Assembly: GCA_007376135.1 (NCBI GenBank)
Contig: VMFR01000001.1
Span: 77,290 to 141,289, forward strand
Reading direction: 5' to 3'
From: Parcubacteria group bacterium Gr01-1014_31
GTDB taxonomy: Bacteria; Patescibacteriota; Patescibacteriia; Buchananbacterales; GWA2-38-13
Length of the DNA: 64,000 bases
Below, piece after piece: positions 46,731 to 56,683 of the stretch. The stretch's first letter is position 1. Each line of letters starts with the position of its first letter. The notes under the pieces were generated by a model that saw nothing but the letters and a program-made list of their open reading frames with translations, searched no databases and was not told the DNA's origin. The position numbers and the translations under genes are program-made.

Positions 46731-48655
46731 GATTCCGTGCAGGCCATGATCCGTTCCGGGTGTCCGGCAGCGACCACCCCCAGCGCATCCGCCGCTCAAC
46801 GCTTCCCGACGATTTTTCAGAGGCCGGGCCAGCGGGAGCCGGGTACCTGGGCGCATCGCTGCCGTTGGGGCGCATCCATGCCTGGATCGTTATTTTTACA
46901 ACAGTGATCGCGGTGTTCGCCGTCCGTGCCGCGTATCTTCAGGTCATTGAGGGACAACGCTACCGCCAACTGGCGGACGGCAATCGCATCCGGATCCTGA
47001 CCATCCCAGCTCAGCGAGGCATGCTTGCCGACCGATTCGGGCAGCCGCTCGTTTCCCATACGCCCAACCTTCGGGTTCAGGTGGTCCCGGTTGACCTGCC
47101 GAAAGCCGGCGCGGGCCGAGAGCTCCTGGTCGTTGAGCTTGCCCAATTGACGGGTGCAATGCCGGAGGACATGCGGCAGACCTTGGCAGGGTTGGACGAA
47201 CTTTCGTATGAGCCGGTGGTTATCCGTGAGAACTTGTCGCATGATCAGGCCATTGCGCTGGCGTTGCTTTCCAGTCGCACGCCGGCCGTGAAGTTGGATG
47301 TGGCATCGCGCCGGCAGTATTTGAACGAAAAGATCCAGAGCCTCTCGCACGTGCTGGGTTATCTGGGAAAGATCGGTCCGGGAGAAACGACCGAAGCGCG
47401 CGCCCGCGGCTATGAGCTGTCGGATAGTTTGGGAAAGGCGGGGTTAGAGCAGGCGCTGGAAGACGCGCTGCGCGGCCGTAAGGGACGCGAGCAGATTGAG
47501 GTCGATGCCCGGGGCCAACGCAAGGAGGTCATCAACTACGAGCCTCCAACTGCGGGAACCGACATCGTACTCACCATTGACGCGGGGGCGCAGCAGGTGC
47601 TGGAAGACGCGCTGCGGCGTGCGTTGGCGGTCCATCCGCCTGGCCAAGGAGTAGGTATTGCGTTGGATCCGCGTAACGGCGAAATATTGGCGCTCGTAAG
47701 CCTGCCGACGTTCGATAATAATTGGTTTGCCCGCGGTATCCTGCCGTCGGAATTTTCCAGTCTGGCCGACGATCCGCAACGTCCGTTGTTCAATCGCGCG
47801 ATCCAGGGGGCGTATCCGCCGGGCTCTACGATCAAACCGGTGATCGCCGCCGCGGCACTGCAGGAGAACGTCGTGACGGAACGCACCACCGTTTACAGCA
47901 GCGGTGGCATACGCGTCAATCAATGGTTCTTTCCGGACTGGAAGGCCGGCGGTCACGGCGCGACCAACATGACCTCGGCGTTGGCGGAATCGGTGAACAC
48001 CTATTTCTACTATGTCGGCGGCGGTTACGATTCGTTCAATGGGCTGGGGGTTACCCGGCTGCATCAGTATCTCACCGGCGCGGGATTTGGAAAACCATTG
48101 AACGTTGAGCTGTGGGGGGAGGCATCGGGCCTCGTGCCGACGCCCGCCTGGAAGGAACAGGTTATCGGCCAGCCGTGGTACATCGGTGATACCTACCATC
48201 TATCCATCGGCCAGGGCGACCTGTTGGCAACGCCGATCCAGGTGGCCGCCGCAACGGCAATGATCGCCAACGGCGGCACGCTGTATCGGCCCCACCTCGT
48301 TCGTGAACGCAAACCGGCGGGTGCTCCGCTGGGGTCCCGTCAGCAACCCGTCGCACTGGCGAGTAACATTTTTTTACCCGAGCATCTTGCCGTCGTTCGG
48401 CGCGGTCTGCGGCAGGCGGTGAAGACCGGCAGCGCGCGCGCGCTCAATATGGCCTCCCTGCCGGTAGCCGGGAAAACGGGGACCGCGCAATGGTCCAGTA
48501 CCCGTCCTAACCACGCCTGGTTCACCGGGTATGCGCCGGCCGACGACCCGCAGATTGTGGTCACCATCCTGGTGGAGGAAGGGGGAGAGGGGAGTGCGAC
48601 TGCTGTGCCGGTTGCCAATGAGTTTCTGTCGTGGTGGTCAGTTGAGCGGCAGTAG
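46726..48655 (+). CDS. mrdA: penicillin-binding protein 2 (class B transpeptidase)
   Basis: ATGA overlap with mreD. 'YLQVIEGQRYRQLADGNRIRILTIPAQRGMLADRFGQPL' (PBP dimerisation domain), 'GSTIKP' (SxxK) and 'KTGTAQ' (KTG) motifs. Confidence 0.85.
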
Positions 48656-48674
48656 CGTTTTGTGGATAACCCCC

Positions 48675-48703
48675 TTGACAGACATCGGAAGAATCAGTAT
48701 CTT
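48675..48703 (+). promoter_or_regulatory. sigma70-like promoter for greA
   Basis: TTGACA (48675-48680), 17-nt spacer, TATCTT (48698-48703). Followed by leader hairpin atactccat/atggagtat (48722-48747). Confidence 0.5.
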
Positions 48704-48776
48704 ATCTCTCGTGCTCTAGGAATACTCCATCGCGTATGATGGAGTATGACGATAATGACTTCACTTTGGAATTTAC

Positions 48777-49247
48777 ATGAATCCCTATTTGACCCGTGAA
48801 GGGCTGGAAAAGCTGAAGAAGGAGTTGGACGAGCTCAAGTCGGTGAAACGCCAGGAGGTGATTAACCGTATCAAGGTGGCCCGCGAGCAAGGCGATCTGT
48901 CGGAAAATGCTGAGTACGCCGATGCCAAGGATGAGCAAAGCTTCATCGAGGGGCGTATCTTAGAGTTGGAAAATCTCACTAACAAGGCAGTCATCATCGA
49001 TGCGGATGTGACGCACCATGACGTGGTTTCCCTGGGGATGACCGTCACCGTAGACTGCGGCGGGCGGACTCTGCGATATACCATTGTCGGTTCCAATGAG
49101 GCCGACCCGTCGCAGGGGATGATCTCCAACGAATCACCATTGGGGCGGGCGTTTTTAGGTAAACGGGTAGGAGAAAAGGTGCAAGTTATGGTGCCAAAAG
49201 GCGAGATGGAGTGCATGATCGTGGATCTGCGCCAAGTCGCCGCGTAA
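48777..49247 (+). CDS. greA: transcription elongation factor GreA
   Basis: 'LTREGLEKLKKELDELKSVKRQEVINRIKVAREQGDLSENAEYADAKDEQ' is the canonical GreA N-terminal coiled coil. Confidence 0.9.
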   Translation: MNPYLTREGLEKLKKELDELKSVKRQEVINRIKVAREQGDLSENAEYADAKDEQSFIEGRILELENLTNKAVIIDADVTHHDVVSLGMTVTVDCGGRTLRYTIVGSNEADPSQGMISNESPLGRAFLGKRVGEKVQVMVPKGEMECMIVDLRQVAA

Positions 49248-49275
49248 CGCAGGGGTTCGGCAACTTCGTAAGATC

Positions 49276-49306
49276 CGCCGCCAGGGCTTGCCTTGGCGGT
49301 TTTTTG
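49276..49306 (+). terminator. intrinsic terminator after greA
   Basis: ccgccaggg-cttg-ccttggcgg followed by tttttt. Confidence 0.6.
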
Positions 49307-49415
49307 GGCGTTTTACCGCTTTGACGGGACCAGATTTTTTGGGTAAACTACGTGCAGCAGAAGCGGGCGTACGAGCGAGTGCGCGTACGATAGATTTGGG
49401 TATACTTTACTTCTC

Positions 49416-50891
49416 ATGGATAAAAAAAAATCCGCCCTACCCGACGAGGGAACCGTTCGGCGGAAGAAGGCAACGATGGCGATGGCGGCGGGCAGAATGC
49501 CTTACCCGCAAGTTTTTGAACGTCCGCTCAGGGTCGTCGAAGCCCGAAAAAAACCACCGGGAACAACCGGGGTGACGGTCGGGGGCAGACTGATGCGGAT
49601 TCGGACCATCGGGCAGCTAACATTCGCGGATGTCCATGATGGCAGCGGCCGTATCCAACTGCAGGCACAACGTTCGATGGCGGCAGAGGGGTACCAGGCG
49701 TTTTTGGACTTGCTGGATCCGGGAGATTTCATTTCCGTGTTCGGGGACCTGATGACCACAAAAACCGGGGAGCTGACGGTCGCGGTCCAGCGGTGGCAGC
49801 TGCTGGCCAAGGCGTTGCGCCCATTACCGGATAAATTCCACGGCCTGAAAGATCATGAACTCCGTTATCGGAAACGCTATCTTGATCTGCTGGTCAATCC
49901 GGAGGTGCGTACGCTGTTTCAGCAACGCTCAAGATTCATCACGGCGTTCCGGCGCTTCCTTGATAGTCGCGGCTTTCTCGAGGTGGAAACGCCAGTGCTG
50001 GAGCTGATTCCGGGCGGGGCGGAAGCCGAACCGTTCGTGACACACCACCGGACGCTGGATATCGATCTCTACCTTCGCATTTCGCTGGAACTGCACCTCA
50101 AACGCCTGTTGGTCGGCGGCCTGGACCGCATTTATGAGATCGGAAAAGTTTTTCGGAACGAAGGGATGTCGAACGAGCATTTGCAGGAGTTCACCATGCT
50201 TGAGTTCTACCAGGCCTACGCGGACTACGAGGATCTGCAGCAGTTTGTTCAGGAGTGCTATCGCGAGGTGTTGCAGGAAACGTTCGGGATGCAACAGTTT
50301 GAGTTCCAGGGCAAGCTATTGGATTTCCGCAAGCCATGGGCAGCGGTGGACTATACCGATGGGGTGCGGGCGGCATGCAAAGTGGATGTGGTCAAAGCAA
50401 CGGACGATGAGTTGCGCCGTGCGCTCGCACGGCGCAAGATTGCGCATGAGCCCAGCGCGGGGCGGGGCCGCTTGATTGATCTCCTGTATAAAAAGACGCT
50501 GCGGCCGTCGTTGTTGCAGCCGACGCTGGTCATCAACCATCCGGTGGCCGTCTCGCCGTTGGCCAAGCGCCATCGCGACAACCCGGAGCTGACCGAGCGC
50601 ATTACGGTGGTCGTTGCCGGCAGCGAGGTGGGGAATGGTTTTTCGGAGCTGAACGATCCTCTTGACCAGCGACAGCGTTTCGAACAGCAGGTGAAGCTGC
50701 GGGCGGCAGGCGACGCCGAGGCGCAGATGATGGACGAGGATTTCGTCGAGGCGCTGGAGCACGGTATGCCGCCGGCAGCAGGGTTTGGCGTCGGTATCGA
50801 CCGGCTGTTCATGCTGGTGACGGGCCAGCCGTCGGTGCGCGATGTCGTGCTGTTCCCGACCATGCGCCCGGACGCGCCGAAAAAGATATGA
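49416..50891 (+). CDS. lysS: lysine--tRNA ligase (class II)
   Basis: 'PYPQVFERP' N-terminal hallmark, OB-fold, class II motifs 'FRNEGMSNEHLQEFTMLEFYQAY' and 'GFGVGIDRL'. Confidence 0.9.
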   Translation: MDKKKSALPDEGTVRRKKATMAMAAGRMPYPQVFERPLRVVEARKKPPGTTGVTVGGRLMRIRTIGQLTFADVHDGSGRIQLQAQRSMAAEGYQAFLDLLDPGDFISVFGDLMTTKTGELTVAVQRWQLLAKALRPLPDKFHGLKDHELRYRKRYLDLLVNPEVRTLFQQRSRFITAFRRFLDSRGFLEVETPVLELIPGGAEAEPFVTHHRTLDIDLYLRISLELHLKRLLVGGLDRIYEIGKVFRNEGMSNEHLQEFTMLEFYQAYADYEDLQQFVQECYREVLQETFGMQQFEFQGKLLDFRKPWAAVDYTDGVRAACKVDVVKATDDELRRALARRKIAHEPSAGRGRLIDLLYKKTLRPSLLQPTLVINHPVAVSPLAKRHRDNPELTERITVVVAGSEVGNGFSELNDPLDQRQRFEQQVKLRAAGDAEAQMMDEDFVEALEHGMPPAAGFGVGIDRLFMLVTGQPSVRDVVLFPTMRPDAPKKI

Positions 50892-51316
50892 CGCGCGTGA
50901 TGGCGTTCGGCACCTTTGACCAGTTCCATCCGGGGCATTTGTATTTCCTTCAGCAAGCGCGGCGGCTCGGCGACGAATTGGTCGTGGTCGTGGCTCGCGA
51001 CCAGACGGTCGCGACGGTGAAGGGACATGCGCCGTTGCAGAGCGAAGAGCAGCGCTTGACCCAGCTTCAGCTGGTGGATGGCGTGGATCGGGCGGTCTTG
51101 GGTAATCTGGGAGATAAATACCAGGTTATCCGCGATTTTTCGCCCGACGTGATATGCCTGGGGTACGACCAGCGCGCGTTCATCGGGGATCTGCCACATT
51201 ATTTTCCTCATATCAAAATCGTTCGCGTGCCGTCGTTCCATCCGGAGCGCTATCACTCCAGCACGATGCACCAGGCGTCCTCACCGGGAGCAGGGACGCT
51301 TGAGGCCCAACGATAA
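50888..51316 (+). CDS. cytidylyltransferase-like nucleotidyltransferase (HxGH family; RibL/FAD-synthetase-like)
   Basis: 'AFGTFDQFHPGHLYFLQQAR' is an HIGH-type nucleotidyltransferase motif. 142 aa. Confidence 0.55.
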   Translation: MTRVMAFGTFDQFHPGHLYFLQQARRLGDELVVVVARDQTVATVKGHAPLQSEEQRLTQLQLVDGVDRAVLGNLGDKYQVIRDFSPDVICLGYDQRAFIGDLPHYFPHIKIVRVPSFHPERYHSSTMHQASSPGAGTLEAQR

Positions 51317-51327
51317 CCCTTTTTTGT

Positions 51328-52584
51328 ATGCTTGATCCAGCATTTATCCGAATTCACGCCAAAGAGGTGGAGGAAAACGCCGCGCGGAAAGGCGTCACCG
51401 TTGATGTCGGAAAAATTGTGCGTCTTGACGCCCAGCATCGCGACGTTCTGCGCCAGTCCGAGACCGTGCGGGCGCAGCAGAAGGCGGCTTCCACACACAA
51501 GCCGGATGCCGCAACACAGAAGAAGCTCCGTACCTTGAGCGCGGAAGCGCAGGAGTTTCGAGCGCAGGAGCGTGCCCTGGGGGAGCAATTGGATTCACTT
51601 TTGCGTCAGCTTCCGGCAATGGTCCGTCCGGACGTACCGGTCGGCAAGGATGAACGCGACAACGCAGTCGTGCGCCTCGTCGGCAAGCCGCCGTCGTTTG
51701 CATTTCCCGCCAAGGATTATCTGGCGCTGGGCGAAGCGCTTGATTTTATTGATGTAACGCGAGCCGGGAAGGTATCCGGCAGCCGATTCGGCTACCTAAA
51801 GAACGGCGCGGCCTTGCTGGAGTTCGCGCTGGTGCAGTATGCCCTTGACCTCTTGGTCCGTCAGTCCGGTTTCACGTTCATGGTGCCGCCGGTGATGATC
51901 GGTGAGGATGCCATGCGCGCGATGGGCTATCTGGAGCACGGGGGCGAGGCGGAAACCTACCATTTTCTTCAAGACCGGCTTTTCCTGGTTGGTACGTCGG
52001 AACAATCGCTCGGTCCTTACCATAAGGATGAGGTGCTCGATGCGGGGCATCTGCCGCTGCGCTACTGCGCCTTCTCGACTTGTTTCCGCCGCGAAGCCGG
52101 CGCTGCCGGCAAGGATACCCGCGGCATCCTCCGCGTTCATCAGTTCGACAAGCTGGAAATGTTCGTTTTCTGCAAGCCGGAGGATTCTGACCGCGAGCAT
52201 AATGGCCTTTTGGCACTGGAAGAGAAGCTGATGCAAGGTCTTGGGCTGGCCTATCGGGTTGTCAATTGCTGCACTGGCGAATTGGGTTTGCCGGCAGCAA
52301 AGAAGTATGACATTGAAACTTGGCTGCCGTCCCAACAGCGTTACCGCGAGACACACTCTAGTTCAAACTGCGTGGATTTCCAGGCGCGACGGCTGAATAT
52401 CCGATACAAGAATACTGCCGGCGGAAAAAACGAGTTTGTCCATACTTTGAATGGCACCGCATTCGCTATCCCGCGCATGATCGCCGTTTTGTTGGAACAC
52501 GGGCAGCAGGCGGACGGCACGATCCGCGTGCCAACACCGTTACGCCCCTATCTTCCCGGCAGTCCGGAGGTGCTAGGGAAGTAG
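51328..52584 (+). CDS. serS: serine--tRNA ligase
   Basis: N-terminal coiled-coil arm, then class II core 'FRREAGAAGKDTRGILRVHQFDKLE' and 'TLNGTAFAIPR'. Confidence 0.9.
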   Translation: MLDPAFIRIHAKEVEENAARKGVTVDVGKIVRLDAQHRDVLRQSETVRAQQKAASTHKPDAATQKKLRTLSAEAQEFRAQERALGEQLDSLLRQLPAMVRPDVPVGKDERDNAVVRLVGKPPSFAFPAKDYLALGEALDFIDVTRAGKVSGSRFGYLKNGAALLEFALVQYALDLLVRQSGFTFMVPPVMIGEDAMRAMGYLEHGGEAETYHFLQDRLFLVGTSEQSLGPYHKDEVLDAGHLPLRYCAFSTCFRREAGAAGKDTRGILRVHQFDKLEMFVFCKPEDSDREHNGLLALEEKLMQGLGLAYRVVNCCTGELGLPAAKKYDIETWLPSQQRYRETHSSSNCVDFQARRLNIRYKNTAGGKNEFVHTLNGTAFAIPRMIAVLLEHGQQADGTIRVPTPLRPYLPGSPEVLGK

Positions 52585-52586
52585 CC

Positions 52587-53516
52587 ATGGCGCCCGTGCT
52601 GCCGACGCTGCTGTTCCCGCTCCGCACCATCGCGGAGCGGTGGAAGTTGCTGCCGTACGCCACGCCGCAGACGTATCAGTTCAGTTACCGGGTGCAGGTT
52701 CGTAACCCCGCGACGTCCCGCCGGGCGGCGCTGATCGCCTGCCCCTTGCCGCCAACGTTGCCCTACCAGCAGGTTCGCGACGTGCGGTATCGGACCAAAC
52801 CAGACGGTTCCGAGGTTGAACCCCGCTACCATAACCGTTTCGATTGGTGGAACGTACAGCTGCCCGCCGGCGGGAGCCTGATGATCGGCTACGATGCGAT
52901 CGTAAGCGTGAGTCCGCGCAGTACGGAACTTGGCGCGGATCTGCCGTTGAGGCCAGGGCCGCTGGTCGGCGACCGCTACTTTGAGGTGACCAAACAAGTG
53001 AAAGAGCTGGCGGCGGTCTGCGCTCGCGGAGTGCTCGACCAGCGCGCGTACGTAGCGCGCTGTTACACCTACGTCATCGGCCATCTCCGCTATGGACGAC
53101 CGATCAGCGGATTGTACCGCGCCTCCGAAGTGCTGACCTTGCCTGAGGTGGATTGCGGCGGTTATGCCACCCTGCTGGGGGCTTTGCTGTTGGCGCGGGG
53201 CATTCCCGTCCGCCTGGTGGTCGGATTTTGGGCCGGGTACCCAGAGGCCGGCATGCATGCCTGGCTTGAATGCGACAATGGGAACGGCGCCTGGGCTGCC
53301 CTGGACCCGTCCGTTGAGCAGTTGTATCGGAACGGCCGCACGCAGAAATCTGGCCGGAGATTTTTTGTTGGCAGTGACCGGGTTGTGGTCTCTCTGGGCT
53401 CGGATCTTGAACTTCTTTTCGCCGGACGGAAGGTGTCCACACCGCTGCTGCAGCATCCTGCCGTAGCGGGGGAACTGGATGCCGCCTATGCCAACGTTAC
53501 CGCCGTATCCGCATGA
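52587..53516 (+). CDS. transglutaminase-like cysteine protease domain protein
   Basis: 'EVDCGGYATLLGALLLARGIPVRLVVGFWAG...HAWLE' is a Cys-His-Asp transglutaminase-like core. Confidence 0.55.
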   Translation: MAPVLPTLLFPLRTIAERWKLLPYATPQTYQFSYRVQVRNPATSRRAALIACPLPPTLPYQQVRDVRYRTKPDGSEVEPRYHNRFDWWNVQLPAGGSLMIGYDAIVSVSPRSTELGADLPLRPGPLVGDRYFEVTKQVKELAAVCARGVLDQRAYVARCYTYVIGHLRYGRPISGLYRASEVLTLPEVDCGGYATLLGALLLARGIPVRLVVGFWAGYPEAGMHAWLECDNGNGAWAALDPSVEQLYRNGRTQKSGRRFFVGSDRVVVSLGSDLELLFAGRKVSTPLLQHPAVAGELDAAYANVTAVSA

Positions 53517-54760
53517 GTAACATGATCGCCATTGCGCTCGGCCCGAACTACCAGTCTGACGACGTGGCGCTTAGCCTCCGTCTCCTTTTTCAGCCGTGGA
53601 AATGGGTGCGAGGGAATTCGGTCGTTGAACTGGAACAGGCCTTCGCGCGTGAAATGTCGCTGCAAAACGCAGTCGCGTTCGGGACCGGTCGGGCGGCGTT
53701 AGCGGCTTGTCTTTCGGTGCGCGGCATTTCCACCGGCGACGAGGTACTGCTCCAGGCCTTTACTTGTGTCGCGGTTCCTAACGCCGTACGCAGCGTCGGG
53801 GCGGTGCCGGTTTTTGTTGACATCGATGTGAGCACCTACACGATGGACCCGCAGGCGTTAGCCGCACGATGCACATCCAAAACACGCGCCATCGTGGTAC
53901 AGCATACGTTCGGGTATCCGGCAGACATGGACGCGATCATGGAGTTTGCGCGCGCCCGCGGGCTGTTCGTTATCGAAGATTGCGCCCATGCCATGGGGAG
54001 TGCGTACCGTGGTCGGCCGGTGGGGGCACTGGGGGACGTTGCGGTGTTCAGTTTTGGCCGCGATAAGCCCCTTTCGCCAGTGTTCGGGGGAATGGCGGTC
54101 GCGCAGGATTCAGCGTTCGTCGAAAAATTGCGCCACTATCGCGATGAGCGACTTTCTCCCGCGCCGGCCGTCTGGGTGGCGCAGCAGCTCCTTCATGCGC
54201 CGTTGACCGCGGCCGCGGGAGTCGCACACCGGTGGCGGACATTCGGGAAGGTATTTTTATTCCTGGTCAAGCGGTTGCGGTTGGTGGCGTTGGCGGTCGC
54301 TCCCGAAGAACGGCGGGGGAGGGTCGCTCGGTTTGGCCATTACCGCATGGCGAATGCCTTGGCCGTGTTGGCGTTGTGGCAGCTACAGAAGATCAAGAGT
54401 TTTTCTGACCATCGTCGCGCGATCGCCGGATACTACCGACAAATGCTCGCAGGGACCGGCGCAGAACTGCCGCCGCCGGATGGGGAAGAGCGGAGCGTGG
54501 CCTGGCTGCGCTTTCCGTTGCGGGTACGAGACCCCAAGCGGGTTATGACCATTGCCCGCGCCGCCAACATCTATCTCGGCGATTGGTATCGGCCCGTTGT
54601 TGCTCCTTCGGGGGTTGTTCTTTCCGCGGTCGGGTACCGGGAAGGGAGCTGCCCGCGGGCTGAACACGCGTCAGAGATGGCCATCAACTTGCCGACGCAT
54701 CAACGCGTTTCGGCGCGAGACGCCGCACGTATCATCTCGGTAATTACGCCGGCGTTATGA
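53513..54760 (+). CDS. DegT/DnrJ/EryC1/StrS-family PLP-dependent sugar aminotransferase
   Basis: 'VVELEQAFAREMSLQNAVAFGTGRAALAACL' and 'SFGRDKPLS' (Lys in SxxK context) are typical of DegT aminotransferases. Confidence 0.7.
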   Translation: MSNMIAIALGPNYQSDDVALSLRLLFQPWKWVRGNSVVELEQAFAREMSLQNAVAFGTGRAALAACLSVRGISTGDEVLLQAFTCVAVPNAVRSVGAVPVFVDIDVSTYTMDPQALAARCTSKTRAIVVQHTFGYPADMDAIMEFARARGLFVIEDCAHAMGSAYRGRPVGALGDVAVFSFGRDKPLSPVFGGMAVAQDSAFVEKLRHYRDERLSPAPAVWVAQQLLHAPLTAAAGVAHRWRTFGKVFLFLVKRLRLVALAVAPEERRGRVARFGHYRMANALAVLALWQLQKIKSFSDHRRAIAGYYRQMLAGTGAELPPPDGEERSVAWLRFPLRVRDPKRVMTIARAANIYLGDWYRPVVAPSGVVLSAVGYREGSCPRAEHASEMAINLPTHQRVSARDAARIISVITPAL

Positions 54761-55791
54761 CCCTTCCCGCGTTCACATTCCACGAGGTCAAAGAGCGTTC
54801 GGTATGGGACGAGTTCGTGCGCAAGGTTGATCCGCATACCTTCCTCCAGTCGTGGCCCTGGGGCGAGTTCAATCGGCGGCAGGGTAACGACGTGTCGAGG
54901 TGGCAGGTTCATGCGGGTGGTACCGGCGGAACTCCGGTTGCGGCGATCCAGGTGGTACATATTCGGGCGCGTCGCGGCCGATTCCTCTTTTGCCCCCACG
55001 GTCCGATCCTGGCCGACCAAGGCGACGCAGTCGCGCTGAAGGCCGCGCTGGGTTTCCTGGTGGAGCAGGGGAGAGGGTGCGATTCCGATTTTGTCCGGGT
55101 CAGCAGTCTGCAACCGGACACCGATGTCCAGCGCCGGCTATTCCGCCAATCCGGGTTTCGTCCGGCGCCAATCCACATGCACCCGGAGCTTGCCTGGCTC
55201 CTGGACGTTCGTCCCGATGCGGCGGCGCTCCTGGCGGGTATGAGGAAGACCATGCGCCAACTTATCCGCAAGTCCCAGCAGCTCGGGATCACCGTCCGGG
55301 CAACGACCGCGGCGGCGGACGCCGAAATATTTTTGGATCTTTACCGTGGTACGGCCCAGCGCCAGCATTTTGTCGCTTTTACCGACCGTTACGTGGCCGA
55401 TGAGTTGGCCGCCTTCGGCGACGACGTGCGCGTCCTATTGGCGGAATACCACGGTACCGTGCTGGCCGGGGCCGTAGTCGTTTTTTTCGGTCAGTCGGCG
55501 TTCTATCACCATGGCGCGTCGCTGCCGCAAAGCAGCAATCTTCCGGCGGCGTATCTCCTACAATGGGAAGCGATCCGGCTTGCGAAGCTTCGGGGCTGTC
55601 GGTGGTATAATTTCTGGGGGATAGCTCCGCCGAATCGCCCCAGCCATCCCTGGACCGGTTTAACGGCCTTCAAACAGGGTTTTGGCGGTTTTAGCGAGCC
55701 GTATCTTCATGCCCAGGATCACGTGCTGCGGCCGCGGTATTGGTTGAACTACGCCGTAGAATGCGCGCGTCGCGCGCGGCGCGGCCTGTAG
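54757..55791 (+). CDS. FemAB/FemX-family (GNAT-fold) peptidyl transferase-like protein
   Basis: 'FLQSWPWGEF' is the N-terminal Fem signature. 344 aa with tandem GNAT-like halves. Confidence 0.6.
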   Translation: MTLPAFTFHEVKERSVWDEFVRKVDPHTFLQSWPWGEFNRRQGNDVSRWQVHAGGTGGTPVAAIQVVHIRARRGRFLFCPHGPILADQGDAVALKAALGFLVEQGRGCDSDFVRVSSLQPDTDVQRRLFRQSGFRPAPIHMHPELAWLLDVRPDAAALLAGMRKTMRQLIRKSQQLGITVRATTAAADAEIFLDLYRGTAQRQHFVAFTDRYVADELAAFGDDVRVLLAEYHGTVLAGAVVVFFGQSAFYHHGASLPQSSNLPAAYLLQWEAIRLAKLRGCRWYNFWGIAPPNRPSHPWTGLTAFKQGFGGFSEPYLHAQDHVLRPRYWLNYAVECARRARRGL

Positions 55792-55809
55792 CGCGCAGAG
55801 GAAGCCCAT

Positions 55810-56673
55810 ATGCGACGTCATTACGATTTTGCGCGTAAAACCTACCTTCGACCCCAGCGGCGGCGTTCACAGCAGGCAAGCCGCATGGTGCGCCGGCGAT
55901 GGTTGCAGGCCCTTGGGTTGGCGTCAGTTTTCGTGCTGCTCCTGAACATCGGCGGACGGGCGGCGCACTGGTCGATTTCGGCGGTGCATGTCAAGGGAGC
56001 GAAATTCATCGAAGCCAGCCAGGTGGCGGCAATGGTTCGCGAGCAGATACAGCAACGGCGTTGGTTGGTCTTGCCGCAACGCGTCAAGTCGTTTTTTGAT
56101 ACGATGGCGCTTCGGCGTACTTTGGAGCAGCAGTTCCCATTCGCTCGTTGGAGCGTGGATAAGGACGGCTCCGGGGCAGTGCTCGTCACCATCCAGGAGC
56201 GGCAGGCGCAGCTGGTTTGGGTGGCCGACGGAAAAACGTACTACGTGGATGCTCAGGGGCTGTTGTTCTCCGATGTGCGCGCCGCAGAGAGCAGCGCGGA
56301 TACTGCCGGTGTGATCCGCCACGACGCTTTGCTCGAGAATTTACCCGTTGTTCTGGACGAATCAAAAACTGCCGCCAGCCTGGGAACGGCTGCAGTTACG
56401 CCGGCGACCGTCGCGTTCATCCGTTCCTTGGCGGTGGCACTGTCGGACGGGACGATCGCGCTGCCCGCCGCCGTCGTGAGCTACCGTTACGACCCGGCGA
56501 CGTATCGCCTGGCGCTGGAGACGGTACTCGGGTATGACATTTACTTCGCAGTGAATCAGCCCCTGAGCGATCAGATGGAAAAACTGAAAGTCGCGCTCCA
56601 GCAAGGTATCGCCCGACGCACGAATCTGCACTATATTGACGTCCGGTTCGGGCAGAAGATCTTTTACCAGTAA
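55810..56673 (+). CDS. ftsQ: cell division protein FtsQ/DivIB-like (POTRA)
   Basis: Basic N-terminus, a single TM, then a POTRA-like region 'ISAVHVKGAKFIEASQVAAMV'. Confidence 0.55.
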   Translation: MRRHYDFARKTYLRPQRRRSQQASRMVRRRWLQALGLASVFVLLLNIGGRAAHWSISAVHVKGAKFIEASQVAAMVREQIQQRRWLVLPQRVKSFFDTMALRRTLEQQFPFARWSVDKDGSGAVLVTIQERQAQLVWVADGKTYYVDAQGLLFSDVRAAESSADTAGVIRHDALLENLPVVLDESKTAASLGTAAVTPATVAFIRSLAVALSDGTIALPAAVVSYRYDPATYRLALETVLGYDIYFAVNQPLSDQMEKLKVALQQGIARRTNLHYIDVRFGQKIFYQ

Positions 56674-56683
56674 GGCGCGGCTG

